64,000 nucleotides of DNA from Candidatus Latescibacterota bacterium (GTDB lineage Bacteria > Latescibacterota > UBA2968 > UBA8231). This document shows, one piece after another, positions 54,533 to 64,000 of this stretch; position 1 is the first letter of the stretch, and each line of letters starts with the position of its first letter. Position numbers and translations under genes: made by a program. The notes under the pieces were generated by a model, which saw only the letters and a program-made list of their open reading frames with translations, ran no database searches and had not been told where the DNA came from. The stretch is taken from NCBI GenBank assembly GCA_965221775.1, contig CBDCSU010000006.1, forward strand, positions 224,001 to 288,000. Reading direction: 5' to 3'.

Positions 54533-55830
54533 CCCGCCATCGCCTTGCGGATCGCCGCGCGCGTGCCCTCCAGGTCGAAGCAGGCGCGCTGGTTCTCCTG
54601 CATGAGGCGGGTCGCCGCCCCCATGGCCTGGGCTTCCGTCAACAGGCCGTCCCGCACCTCCGCCTCCAGGGCCCGCGTCAGCCAGCGCCGCGCCTGCATC
54701 GCGTACGCCGCGGCGCTCGTCGGCCAGCCGGTGTCGCCGCCGAAGCCGAAGAGCTTGTTCGCCGGCGCCGTGTGCAGGAAGCGGCGCACGAAATCGCAGG
54801 AGCTGTAAGGATCGATCGCCCAGGCCCAGCACAGGTCGACCCAGACGTTGCGGTAGTGCTTGGCCAGGGCCACCAACTCGTCGCAGTACGGATAGGCGAT
54901 GTGCATCAGCACGAAGCGGGCGTCCGGGTACTTCGCCAGCAGGCGGCACAGGTTGCCCGCCGGGATCCGGTCCACCGGCATCCGGTCGTTGCCCGCGTAG
55001 TAGCCGGTGTGCAGCTTGAAGGGCAGGTCGTGCTCGGTGGCCAGCTCCACGCCCCGGGCCCAGCACCAGTCGCCCAGACAGAGGCGGGCACCCTCGTCCA
55101 GCCCGCTCTCCGGGTCCGGCTTCAGCGCCGCCTCCAGGGCGCGGGCGGCGTCGGCGTCGCTGCGCTCCTCCCACAGCAGGGTCCGGTTGTAGGCGTGCTG
55201 GGCCTTCACCGCGATGGCGCAGGGCCCGTGCTTCTCGAACAAACCCTCCATCGCCCGCCGCAGGGACGCCAGGTCCGTCACCGTCACCCCCACCTCGGCC
55301 GCCACGGCCCCGAAGTCGATCGTCCCCGAGCAGAAGTTCGCCCAAGAGAGGTCGTACAGGAAGAAGTCCGGCCCCGACGCATCCGGCTCGCAGAGCCAGC
55401 GGAAGTCGTCCACCTGCACGTGGTCGAGGTTGGCCACATCTCGCAGCAGGCGAAGGCGCTGACCCGGCTGGCGCAGGCCGTTCAGGGTCTCCTGGGCCCC
55501 GGCCAGACCGCCGGCGGTCAACTCCGGCAGGCCGTAGATCTCGCTGGCGATGAGTCGCACGGCCTCGCCGTACCCGGTGAACTGCGCCGCCTCCCAGGCC
55601 GGCCGGATGCCCTCGAAGCGGCCTTCCACGTCCGGGTCCGCCGCGTCCATCAGCCGCGCCACCGCCTCCTCCGGGGCCCCGGCGCTGCGCAGATCGGCGG
55701 GCACGTAGTTCTCGAACAGATCGCGGAGGATGTCCGGGCCGTCGTCGACCCAGTCGGGTTCCCTGCGCAGGTGCTCGTGGGTGTCGCACAGGGGCGTCTC
55801 TTCGATGTGTTGCGCCAGGTCCGTGGGCAT
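54529..55830 (-). CDS. Amidohydrolase-superfamily protein (uronate isomerase/lactonase-like)
   Basis: DTHEH HxH motif, KLHTG, FVLMHIAYP, KLFGFGGD. Confidence 0.8.
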   Translation of the reverse strand: MPTDLAQHIEETPLCDTHEHLRREPDWVDDGPDILRDLFENYVPADLRSAGAPEEAVARLMDAADPDVEGRFEGIRPAWEAAQFTGYGEAVRLIASEIYGLPELTAGGLAGAQETLNGLRQPGQRLRLLRDVANLDHVQVDDFRWLCEPDASGPDFFLYDLSWANFCSGTIDFGAVAAEVGVTVTDLASLRRAMEGLFEKHGPCAIAVKAQHAYNRTLLWEERSDADAARALEAALKPDPESGLDEGARLCLGDWCWARGVELATEHDLPFKLHTGYYAGNDRMPVDRIPAGNLCRLLAKYPDARFVLMHIAYPYCDELVALAKHYRNVWVDLCWAWAIDPYSSCDFVRRFLHTAPANKLFGFGGDTGWPTSAAAYAMQARRWLTRALEAEVRDGLLTEAQAMGAATRLMQENQRACFDLEGTRAAIRKAMAG

Positions 55831-55861
55831 GCTCGTCCTCCAGGGAGAGATCAGTGATGGC

Positions 55862-58800
55862 TCAGCTTCTCACGCGAAACAGGATCTTGTAAAGCACCGG
55901 CACGAACAACAATGTGATCACCGTGGCGAAGAGCAGGCCCATCATGATGGCCACCGCCATGGGCTCCCACATCAGCCCGCCGCCGAGGTAGAGGGGCACC
56001 AGCCCCAGGGTCGTCGTGCAGGTGGTCAGCAGGATGGGGCGGAAACGCTGCCGGGCCGCGGCGACGATGGCATCGATGGAAGCCCTCCCGGAACGGTCCT
56101 GTTCGATCTGTATGCGGTCGAGGAGAACGATGGCGTTGTTGATGACGATGCCCGCCAGGGAGATCAGCCCGAGAAAGGCGAAGAAACCGAAGAAGGAACG
56201 GAAGACCAGCAACCCGGCGACCACCCCGATCAGGCCGAGGGGAATGGTGCTCAGCACGATGAAGGTCTTGCGGATGGAGTTGAACTGCAGGACCAGCAGC
56301 CCCAGGATGATGAAGGCCGACAGGGGCAGCTTCGAGATGACCGCGCCCATGGCATCGCCGCTTTCCTCCGACTCGCCGCCCAGCTCGTATCGGTAGCCCT
56401 GCTTCCAGGACCTGCTGTCCTCCTCGAGCCAGGGGACGAGGGCGTCGGTGACATCTCTCGCGGTGAATCCCCTCGCCGCATCGCAGGTCACCGTCATGGT
56501 GCGGTTCAGGTCGCGCCGTTTGATCCTGGGCAGCTGCCACTGCGTAACGACCTGCGCCACCTGTCCGAGGGGTACGTTTATCCCCGATCCCTGGGCGAAG
56601 ATGCTCAGGCTCTCCAGCTGGCGCACGTCGACCTCCTGGCTGCCCTCGTGGCGCAGCACGATGGGAATGCTCCGGTCCCCTTCGCGGAAGGCACCCACAT
56701 CGAACCCGGTGAGGGCTGCCTGCAGCGAAAGGGCGATGTCCTGGTTGGTCAGGCCCGCCTTCCGGGTCCTGGCCGGGTCGATGTCGACGACGACCTTCTT
56801 GATCTTCCGCCCCCAGTCGTCGCCGATGTTCTTCGTTCCCGCCATCGCGTTGAGTTGTCGCTTGATGCGCCCGGCGATGGCGAACAGTCCGTCGGGATCC
56901 GGCCCGGTTATGCGCACGGCCACGTCGCTTCCGCCGCCTCCGCCCCCGGACAGCCTGGAAACCCTTGCCTCGGCATCGGGAAAGGTGCGGAAGCAGAAGC
57001 CGTCCAGGCGGTCGATGATCGACTGGTTGTCCTCGCCCGAGCTGGTGTTCAGCAACAGATGGGCGGAACTCGGATTGCCCTCCCCCGGCTGGTACCCCAG
57101 ATCGTAGGAGGGAGGCCCCTCGCCGATGAAGGCGGCCCAGTCGGTTACCCCGCGCAGCCGTTGCGGGCTCACCAGGAGACTGTCGGCGATATACCCCTCG
57201 ATCTTCTGCACGCGGGCGGCCGTGGTCTCGATCCGGGTGCCCAGGGGCAGGCTCAGATTCAACGTCAACAGGTTGCGCTGGCTGTCGGGAAAGAAGATGA
57301 AGGGCAGGAAACCGAACCCCAGGAGGGACAACAGGAACAGCCCGGCGATGATTCCGGAGAACGACCAGGGGCGCCGAAGGGCCTTGAGCAGCAGTTCATT
57401 GTACAGGCCGTTCAAGCGCTCGATGAGGCTGCTCTTGCCGGACTCCGCCGTTTGCCGTCTCACCCGCAGGAAGAACTGGGCCAGCAGCGTGATCATGGTC
57501 AGGGAGAGCAGCCAGGACGAGAGCAGGGCGATGGAGATCACGCTGAAGAGGGGCGCCATCATTTCGCCCATGATCGACGGGGCCAGGAAGAAGGAGAGGA
57601 AGGCGGCCGAGGTGGTCAGCGAGGAGACCAGGAGCGGCACCGCCAGCTCGCCGGCCGATTCGATAGCCGCCTCCCTGGCGCCGGTGCCCCCTTCCATCTT
57701 CACCACGATCGCTTCGGAGACCACGATGGCATTGTCCACCAGCATGCCCAGCGCCATGATCAGCGCCGCCAGCGACACCTGGTTGAGACCGATATCGAAC
57801 AGACCCATGGAGAAGAAGGTGGCGACGATGGTCATCGGTATGAGACTGGCCACCACCAGGCCGGTGCGCAGCCCCAGGAAGAGCAGCATGGCGACAAGCA
57901 CCACGGCGACGCTCTGCAGGAGGTTGCTGGTGAAGTCGGCCACCGACTTCTCCACCTCGAAGTCCTGGGAAGCCACCCGGTTCAAGGTGATCCCCAGGGG
58001 AGCCCGCGCCTGGTGGAAGGCTGTCAGCCGGTCGACCTCCCTTCCCAACTCGATGATGTTGGCCCCTTCGGCCAGGGCCACCGAGAGCGACAGCCCCGGC
58101 TGACCGTTGATCCTGACCCGGCGCCGCCTCGGGGTCTCGTACTCCCGGACGATGCGGGTAATGTCCCCGAGGTACACCCGCCCGCCCTGGCCCACCGGGA
58201 TCAGCGTCCCCGCCAGGTCATCCAGATCGGCGTAGCTGCCGGTCGGCTCGAGCACCAGGCGTTCATCCTCCAGGCCGACCTCGCCGCCGGGGAAGACGAT
58301 GTTCGTCGTCGCGATGTCGTTCCGGATCTTCTGCGCCGAAAGGCCCAGCTCCGCCATGCGGGCGTCGTTGAACTCCAGGTAGATCCGCTCCTCCTGGATT
58401 CCGCTGATCCTCACCTCGGAGGCGCCGGGCAGCTTGATCAGGTCGTCCCGCAGTGCCTCGGCGAACTCTTCCAGTTCGGCAAAGGTGAACCCGTCTCCTG
58501 TAAGGCCGATCACGATGCCGTACACCACCCCGAGACCATCGTCCTTCACCTCGGGGCCATAGATGCCCTCGGGCAGATCCGGGCGGATGTTGTCGATCTT
58601 GCGCCGCAACCGGTCCCACACGGCCTGGAGTTCCCTCTGCGATATTTCCGGTTCGAGCCCCACCACCACGACCGACAGGCCGGTCACGGACTCGCTGGTG
58701 ACGGTCTCCAGCTCGGGCAGCTCCTGGGCGACCTCCTCGATCCTGCTGGTGATCAATGACTCGACGCGCTCGGGGCCGGCCCCGGGAAAGGCGGTCACTA

Positions 58801-58939
58801 CCGAGGCGGCGCGGATCGTGAAGGGAGGCATGCTGTCGCGCGGCATCGACCGGTACCCTGCCAGGCCGAGTACTCCGACGACGAGCAGGGCCACGATGGT
58901 GACCCGGCTGTTGTCCAGGGCGATCCGGGTGAGATTCAT
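55862..58939 (-). CDS. RND efflux permease (AcrB/AcrD/AcrF family)
   Basis: 1025 aa; FPGAGPERVESLIT, GMLVDNAIVV, RFRPILLTT, WEPMAVAIMMGLLFAT...LFVPVLY. Confidence 0.95.
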   Translation of the reverse strand: MNLTRIALDNSRVTIVALLVVGVLGLAGYRSMPRDSMPPFTIRAASVVTAFPGAGPERVESLITSRIEEVAQELPELETVTSESVTGLSVVVVGLEPEISQRELQAVWDRLRRKIDNIRPDLPEGIYGPEVKDDGLGVVYGIVIGLTGDGFTFAELEEFAEALRDDLIKLPGASEVRISGIQEERIYLEFNDARMAELGLSAQKIRNDIATTNIVFPGGEVGLEDERLVLEPTGSYADLDDLAGTLIPVGQGGRVYLGDITRIVREYETPRRRRVRINGQPGLSLSVALAEGANIIELGREVDRLTAFHQARAPLGITLNRVASQDFEVEKSVADFTSNLLQSVAVVLVAMLLFLGLRTGLVVASLIPMTIVATFFSMGLFDIGLNQVSLAALIMALGMLVDNAIVVSEAIVVKMEGGTGAREAAIESAGELAVPLLVSSLTTSAAFLSFFLAPSIMGEMMAPLFSVISIALLSSWLLSLTMITLLAQFFLRVRRQTAESGKSSLIERLNGLYNELLLKALRRPWSFSGIIAGLFLLSLLGFGFLPFIFFPDSQRNLLTLNLSLPLGTRIETTAARVQKIEGYIADSLLVSPQRLRGVTDWAAFIGEGPPSYDLGYQPGEGNPSSAHLLLNTSSGEDNQSIIDRLDGFCFRTFPDAEARVSRLSGGGGGGSDVAVRITGPDPDGLFAIAGRIKRQLNAMAGTKNIGDDWGRKIKKVVVDIDPARTRKAGLTNQDIALSLQAALTGFDVGAFREGDRSIPIVLRHEGSQEVDVRQLESLSIFAQGSGINVPLGQVAQVVTQWQLPRIKRRDLNRTMTVTCDAARGFTARDVTDALVPWLEEDSRSWKQGYRYELGGESEESGDAMGAVISKLPLSAFIILGLLVLQFNSIRKTFIVLSTIPLGLIGVVAGLLVFRSFFGFFAFLGLISLAGIVINNAIVLLDRIQIEQDRSGRASIDAIVAAARQRFRPILLTTCTTTLGLVPLYLGGGLMWEPMAVAIMMGLLFATVITLLFVPVLYKILFRVRS

Positions 58940-60015
58940 GGCGATTCGAGGAGCCGCACCTTCATCCCGTCCATCAGGGACCCGAGGCCCGCGGTCGCCA
59001 CCAGTTCCCCTTCGGCGAGCCCCTCTTCGACGACGAAACCGTCCGCCAGCAGGCTGCCGATGCGGACCGGCCGCCGCTGGACGGTCCCCACACCGTTGTC
59101 GACTCCGTCAATGACGAAGACATACCTGCCACTGGCGTCTTCCCCCACGGCCTTGACCGGGACCACGAGCGGGTCCGCCGGCCCGCCGGTGCCGAAGCGG
59201 AACTCCGCATCCCCTGCCATGCCGGGCCGGATGGAGGGTGAGGGGGCGTCGAGCCGCACCCTGACCGGATAGGTGCTGGAAGCGTCGAGGGCCCAGGATA
59301 TCTCCCGCACGCGGGCGGCGAACTCCACCCCGGGAAGGGCGGAGAAACGCACCCGCACCGGGTCGCCGTTCCGGATGCGGGCGATATGGCCCTCGGGAAC
59401 CCCCACCTCCATCTCGACATCCTCGCCCGCGCTCAACTCCACCAGGGGCGCTCCGGCCTGGATCACCTCGTTGACCTCGAAGCGGACCGCGGTGACGATG
59501 CCGTCGACAGGAGCGCGGATCTCGTTGAACCTCAGCTGGCGCTCCTGCAGATCCAGACTCTTTTCGGCGGACTCAAAGCTGGACGTGGCCGCCGCATAGC
59601 CGGCCTTGGCCTGTTCGTACTCGGCGAGGGAGACGTTGTCGGCCTGGTAGAGCTGCCGGACCCGGGTGAGACTGGACTGGGCGTTGGCCTTCTGCACCCG
59701 GGCGTTCTCCAGGGCCGCCCTCGCCCTTTCGCAAGCGAGGACCGCATCCCGGCTGTCGAGGGCGGCGATGCGCTGGCCGGCTTTGACCCGGTCCCCTGCC
59801 TTCACCTCGATCGATTCGATGAGCCCTCCGGTCCGGAAGCTGAGCCTCGCTTCGGTGCCGGCCCTGGCCGTGCCGGCGAACCGCTGGCTCCGGACCGCGC
59901 TCGCGGGACGAACCTCGGCGTACTTCACCGGGCGGACCGGTTCGGGGACCGGCGGTTCCCCTCCGCAGCCAACCCACATACCCAGCGCCAGGGCAGGAAT
60001 CACAACTCGCTTCAT
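58936..60015 (-). CDS. RND periplasmic adaptor (membrane fusion) lipoprotein
   Basis: Lipobox VGC, VRPVK, LSFRTGG...VKAGDRVKAGQ, IRAPVDG, IRPGMAG. Confidence 0.93.
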   Translation of the reverse strand: MKRVVIPALALGMWVGCGGEPPVPEPVRPVKYAEVRPASAVRSQRFAGTARAGTEARLSFRTGGLIESIEVKAGDRVKAGQRIAALDSRDAVLACERARAALENARVQKANAQSSLTRVRQLYQADNVSLAEYEQAKAGYAAATSSFESAEKSLDLQERQLRFNEIRAPVDGIVTAVRFEVNEVIQAGAPLVELSAGEDVEMEVGVPEGHIARIRNGDPVRVRFSALPGVEFAARVREISWALDASSTYPVRVRLDAPSPSIRPGMAGDAEFRFGTGGPADPLVVPVKAVGEDASGRYVFVIDGVDNGVGTVQRRPVRIGSLLADGFVVEEGLAEGELVATAGLGSLMDGMKVRLLESP

Positions 60016-62372
60016 GGGGCCCTGTTCCTTTCGGAGAAGAACGCCGTCAGGCGCCCGACGAAGGCTTCCCGCTCATCGGGAGTCATGAACATGGTGTACC
60101 CCCCCACGCTGTTTTCCAGCTGCAGATAGCTGACCAGGTACTCGTACACCGCGCTGGCCTCCGCCTGGCTGGCGGAGAGGGAGGCCCGCTGCGCATCCAC
60201 CAGCTGGGCGATACCCGGCAGGCCCTTCTCGTAGGCATCCTGCACCAGCTCGAAGTTCTTGCGGGCGCTGGCCGCGGCCACTTGGGCGAAGTGTATGTTG
60301 GTGCCCCTCGAAACCAGGTTCGTCATGCGCACCCGGACAGCCTGGGAGAGCTGTTGCCGCAGGCTCTCCTCCTGAAGGCGGAGCTGCCGCTGCTGGATCG
60401 CCGTCTGGTCGACGGCCACCTTGCGCTGGTTTCCCTGGAACAGGGGATAGGTGAAGTGGAGGGCGAGGTTCCAGGTCCCATCGAGGGGAGCCGCCGAAGC
60501 GGGCGGCATCCCCTTGCCGTCGCGCCAGAAGGTGTGGTCGGCCTGCCCCCGCAAGGCCACCGAAGGCAGGTAGTACTGCCGGTAGGTCATCCGCTGCCGG
60601 CGCTCGGCCGCTTTCATGTTGGCCTCGAGTTGCTTCAGAGAAGGCATGTTCCCGAGGGCCTCTTCGACGAGGAAGTCGGTCAGGATCTCCACGTCTCCCG
60701 CGCGGCGGATCAGATCTCCCATACGTGTCGGGTCGAGGCCGTCGAAGAGATCGTCGGAAAGACTGGCATCCTCCACCTCGAACTCCTCGGCCATGTCCGC
60801 CCGGTTCAGCAGCCGGTTGAGCTGCACCTTGGCCAGGTACAGGTTGTTGAAAGCCTGGATGGAGGACTGGGTCGCCCGGGCGACTTCGCTCTCCCAGCGG
60901 TACACGTCGGCGACGCCGGCATAGCCGACGGCATGGCGGGTGCGGGCGATCTTCAGGTTGCGGCGCGAGGCTTCGAGGTTCTCGTCCTGGACCCGCCCCG
61001 CCGTCTTTGCCAGCAGGATGTCGAAGTAGGCGGTCGCCAGGTTCAGCACCACGTCGAGCGCCACCAGGTCGGCCCGATGGCGGGCGGCCTCGGCGAGGTA
61101 CCGCTGGATCTGTACGTTGGCCAGGGCCGGCTCGGAGAACAGCACCTGCTGCACGGTACCGGTGCCCTTTCCGGTTCGCTCCGGCTGCTGGCCGAGAGCG
61201 CGGTCCGCCGCCTCCGGGTCGATCTGCAGCAGGGTGGCCGAGGTTTCCACGGTGGGAAGCAGGGACGACCTGGCCTGGCGCATGTCCTGGGCGGCCAGAT
61301 CGATATTGCTCCTTTCGATGCGCAGGTCGAGATTGCTCCGCAACCCCTCCGCGATGACCTCCCGCAAACTCAAGCGACGGTCCGCAGCCGGTTCGTCCGC
61401 CTTGAGGAAGCGGGCGGAAAACAGTGTTTCGAAAGAGAGGTCGAGGCCGATCTTGCGGACCGTTGCCGCGTTCAGCACCCACTGGTCGTCGAGGTTGCGC
61501 TGCACGGGCATCGCCGCCAGTTCCTCCCCGAGGGCGACTCCTTCGACGATCAGGGCGAGGCTGCGGACGATCTGGTCCCGGCCGTCCTGGTCGCCCATAC
61601 AGGCCATGATCCCCGCATCCACATGAGACCGGCTCATGGCAAAGGAAGGCAGCTTGCGCCCGGCAAGGGCCGCGGCCAGGGTGGCGACCTCCTCGGGACT
61701 GCGCTCGAACACCATCGTCAGGTATGCCGCGTCGACTGAATCGGCCAGCGCCGGCAGGGGGGTTTCCGGTCCCCAGTAGACCAGCTCCACCTCGGCTCCC
61801 AGAGGGGCGGCGAGACGTTGGAAGAAACCGTCGAAATCCAGCCGGTCTCTCAGGTTCTCGCTGACGATGACGGCCAGATGGGAGAAAGGATGGATGCGGT
61901 GGAAGGCCTCCAGGTCCTCTTCGATCGGATGGGTACCGAGGACATAGGTGAAGTTGGGCACCCCGGATACGCCGGGCTCGGCCAGCGGCATCCGCTGCAG
62001 CTCCACATCGAGGACCCCCACGGCGATCGTCGGCTTGGGCAGATCGCCCAGGGCGGCGAGCATCGCCGCACTCGCCGGTCCCACGGCGATGACCAGATCG
62101 ACGGCGGGGTCGTTCGCAAGGGACAGGTAGTCCGCGCGCTCCGCCCCGAAACGCAGGTGCTCGGGCAGGAAGTGAACCGACCGGCCGGCCCCCAGCACCT
62201 TGTGGATCTCCACCCTGAGAAAGTCCAGATCGCTGCCGGAATCGGTGTCACGGGGCGCGGTATCAAGCAGCAGACCGATGTGGAGATCGCTGTCCTGACT
62301 CTGCGCGCGCGCCGGCTGCAGCGCCAGCGCCAGACCGATTGCCAGAACCGCGTATATCGCTGTTCTCAGCAT
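60012..62372 (-). CDS. TolC-family outer membrane channel with N-terminal substrate-binding-like domain
   Basis: 786 aa; C-terminal ~450 aa has two OEP repeats (LSLREVIAEGLRSNLDL, AYFDILLA, YEKG...LVDAQ); N-terminal ~320 aa resembles ABC substrate-binding domains (VDLVIAVG, VDAAYL, KLPSF, VLNAATVRKIGL). Confidence 0.85.
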   Translation of the reverse strand: MLRTAIYAVLAIGLALALQPARAQSQDSDLHIGLLLDTAPRDTDSGSDLDFLRVEIHKVLGAGRSVHFLPEHLRFGAERADYLSLANDPAVDLVIAVGPASAAMLAALGDLPKPTIAVGVLDVELQRMPLAEPGVSGVPNFTYVLGTHPIEEDLEAFHRIHPFSHLAVIVSENLRDRLDFDGFFQRLAAPLGAEVELVYWGPETPLPALADSVDAAYLTMVFERSPEEVATLAAALAGRKLPSFAMSRSHVDAGIMACMGDQDGRDQIVRSLALIVEGVALGEELAAMPVQRNLDDQWVLNAATVRKIGLDLSFETLFSARFLKADEPAADRRLSLREVIAEGLRSNLDLRIERSNIDLAAQDMRQARSSLLPTVETSATLLQIDPEAADRALGQQPERTGKGTGTVQQVLFSEPALANVQIQRYLAEAARHRADLVALDVVLNLATAYFDILLAKTAGRVQDENLEASRRNLKIARTRHAVGYAGVADVYRWESEVARATQSSIQAFNNLYLAKVQLNRLLNRADMAEEFEVEDASLSDDLFDGLDPTRMGDLIRRAGDVEILTDFLVEEALGNMPSLKQLEANMKAAERRQRMTYRQYYLPSVALRGQADHTFWRDGKGMPPASAAPLDGTWNLALHFTYPLFQGNQRKVAVDQTAIQQRQLRLQEESLRQQLSQAVRVRMTNLVSRGTNIHFAQVAAASARKNFELVQDAYEKGLPGIAQLVDAQRASLSASQAEASAVYEYLVSYLQLENSVGGYTMFMTPDEREAFVGRLTAFFSERNRAP

Positions 62373-62552
62373 CCAATCTCCAGAGACCCCGCTTCGTCGT
62401 CAGGGCGCGCGAGGCGCAGGCATTCCCACCTCTCCATCGGTGCGCGGGGTCGTGGTCCGGGTGAAGGCGCGAGAGTATAATCATGCCCGCCACCGAAATC
62501 GACACGAGCCTTGGGACCGCCGCACATTCACACGGAGGAGGGGAGAGGGAGA

Positions 62553-63545
62553 ATGGTCAGGGTAGCCATGTTGAGCCGCTGGCATGTCCATGCCGATGAG
62601 TATGCCTCGCGCGTCAACGCCGAGGAGCGGGCGCAGGTGGCCGCCGTCTGGGATGAGGAGCCCGAACGCGGCCAGGGTTGGGCCGGCGAGCTGGGGGTCG
62701 ACTTCGAGGCCGATCTGGATCGCCTGCTGGCGCGGGACGACATCGACGCGGTGGCCGTCGACGCGCCCACCAACATGCATCCCGAGGTGATGATCCAGGC
62801 CGCGCGGGCCGGCAAGCACATCTTCACCGAGAAGGTCATGGCCACCACGGTGAGCGAGTGCCGGGCCATCGCCGACGCGGTGACCCGGGCGGGCGTCAAG
62901 TTCTGCATCTCCTTCCCCCGGCGCGGGCTGCCCGAGGTCCAGCTCGCCGGGCAGCTGATTGCGGGCGGGCACCTGGGACAGATCACCCTGCTGCGCATCC
63001 GGGTCGCCCACGGCGGTGCGACGGCCGGCTGGCTGCCGCCGCACTTCTACGATCCCGTCGCCTGCGGCGGCGGCGCGATGATCGATCTGGGGGCCCACGG
63101 CATGTACATCGCGCGCGGCCTGCTGGGCGAACCACGGCAGATCACCTCCGCCTTCAACCACATCACGGGGCGCGCCGTGGAGGACAACACCCTGTCGGTG
63201 ATCACCTTCGAGAGTCAGGCGATCGCCATCAACGAGACCAGCTTCGTGCAGCACGGCGGGGTCTTCTACCTGGAGATCAACGGGACCGAGGGCACCTACG
63301 TCACCGGCGGGCCGGAGGAGAAGACGCGCGTTCAGGCCCCGAAGTGGTCCGGCCGCGACGACTGGGTGGAGCCGGAGGAGTTGCCCGAACCGCTGGTGCA
63401 TCCGGTGACCCAGTGGATCAACGCCATCGTCGAGGACAGCCCCATCGACTACGGCCTCACCGAGGGCATTCAGCTCACCGAGCTGATGGAAGGCGCCTAC
63501 CGCGCCCATCGCGAAGGGCGAACCGTCAGCTACCCGCTGGACTGA
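62553..63545 (+). CDS. Gfo/Idh/MocA family oxidoreductase
   Basis: DIDAVAVDAPTNMH, AGKHIFTEKVMA, GGGAMIDLGAH. Start ATG 62553 after purine-rich RBS; TATAAT at 62476-62481. Confidence 0.92.
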   Translation: MVRVAMLSRWHVHADEYASRVNAEERAQVAAVWDEEPERGQGWAGELGVDFEADLDRLLARDDIDAVAVDAPTNMHPEVMIQAARAGKHIFTEKVMATTVSECRAIADAVTRAGVKFCISFPRRGLPEVQLAGQLIAGGHLGQITLLRIRVAHGGATAGWLPPHFYDPVACGGGAMIDLGAHGMYIARGLLGEPRQITSAFNHITGRAVEDNTLSVITFESQAIAINETSFVQHGGVFYLEINGTEGTYVTGGPEEKTRVQAPKWSGRDDWVEPEELPEPLVHPVTQWINAIVEDSPIDYGLTEGIQLTELMEGAYRAHREGRTVSYPLD

Positions 63546-63559
63546 GGAGTCAGGCACCC

Positions 63560-64000
63560 ATGGAGATCGCGCTCAGCACGGAGGAACGCTCGGCGGAAGC
63601 CCTGTCGCCGGCGCACCTCGACCAGGCGGTGGCCGCGGTTCGCAACGACGGATTCGTGGTCCTCGAGGACATCATCGCCCACGACCTCCTGGACCAGCTT
63701 CGGGAACGGATGGACCAGGACTCCCAGCGGCTCATCGCCGCCGAACGCTGGGGCGGCGCCGGGGGGCTCCCCGGACACCTGCAGCAGGGGCCGCCGCCCT
63801 TCGCGCCCTTCGTCCACCGCGACATCGTGGCCAACCCCTTCGTGATCCAGGTGAGCCACGCCCTGCTCGGCGATGGCCTCTTCAACAACTTCTACAGTGG
63901 CAACAGCAACTGTCCCGGAAGCGGGACCCAACCGCTGCACCGGGATTCCGATCACCTCTGGCCTGGGCTCGAGCAGGCTCACCCGGCGGCGCAGGTGGTG
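63560..64000 (+). CDS. PhyH-family Fe(II)/2OG dioxygenase, N-terminal part (runs off the window end)
   Basis: Not in the ORF track. Manual translation: MEIALSTEE...VRNDGFVVLEDII...HLQQGPPPFAPF...NSNCPGSGTQPLHRDSDHLWP with HxD motif; GAGGAG RBS. Confidence 0.85.
   Translation, partial: MEIALSTEERSAEALSPAHLDQAVAAVRNDGFVVLEDIIAHDLLDQLRERMDQDSQRLIAAERWGGAGGLPGHLQQGPPPFAPFVHRDIVANPFVIQVSHALLGDGLFNNFYSGNSNCPGSGTQPLHRDSDHLWPGLEQAHPAAQVV

Noticed and set aside
5367-64000. Integrative element or prophage at tRNA-Lys
   Set aside because: No integrase, transposase or phage gene found and no att duplication noticed by eye.

Overview
High-GC bacterial window, most consistent with an FCB-group lineage such as Latescibacterota or Gemmatimonadota-like, possibly host- or sponge-associated (inference from gene content only). 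1-5.4 kb is core housekeeping: cmk (partial), rluB, scpB, scpA, HNH nuclease, gcvH, efp, a TPR protein and tRNA-Lys(CTT) with divergent sigma70 promoters. 5.4-41.3 kb is the main feature, a ~36 kb, almost entirely minus-strand envelope locus that I cannot assign to a described system. It encodes a secreted protein with a 'TAVE..SWGRVK' tail, three paralogous secreted proteins with T9SS-type-B/FlgD-like C-terminal domains all ending in VAY, two paralogous ~950-aa Asp-rich, beta-rich secreted proteins, a PpiC/SurA-like lipoprotein, a 1463-aa PA + degenerate M28-peptidase + FtsX-permease fusion, two closely similar DUF6785-like polytopic membrane proteins, an OPT-like transporter with zinc-finger and Ca-loop insertions, a type VII ABC set, and CRTAC1/ASPIC-UnbV plus TPR proteins. 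41.5-55.8 kb holds a TPR protein, a third CRTAC1 protein and a catabolic enzyme cluster (ALDH, PhyH, SDR, Ldh_2, RraA/HMG aldolase, enolase-superfamily enzyme, amidohydrolase). 55.9-62.4 kb is an RND efflux system whose TolC carries an extra N-terminal domain. The window ends with a Gfo/Idh/MocA oxidoreductase and a partial PhyH. No CRISPR array, rRNA, integrase or transposase was seen. All family assignments come from motif recognition by eye; no searches were run.
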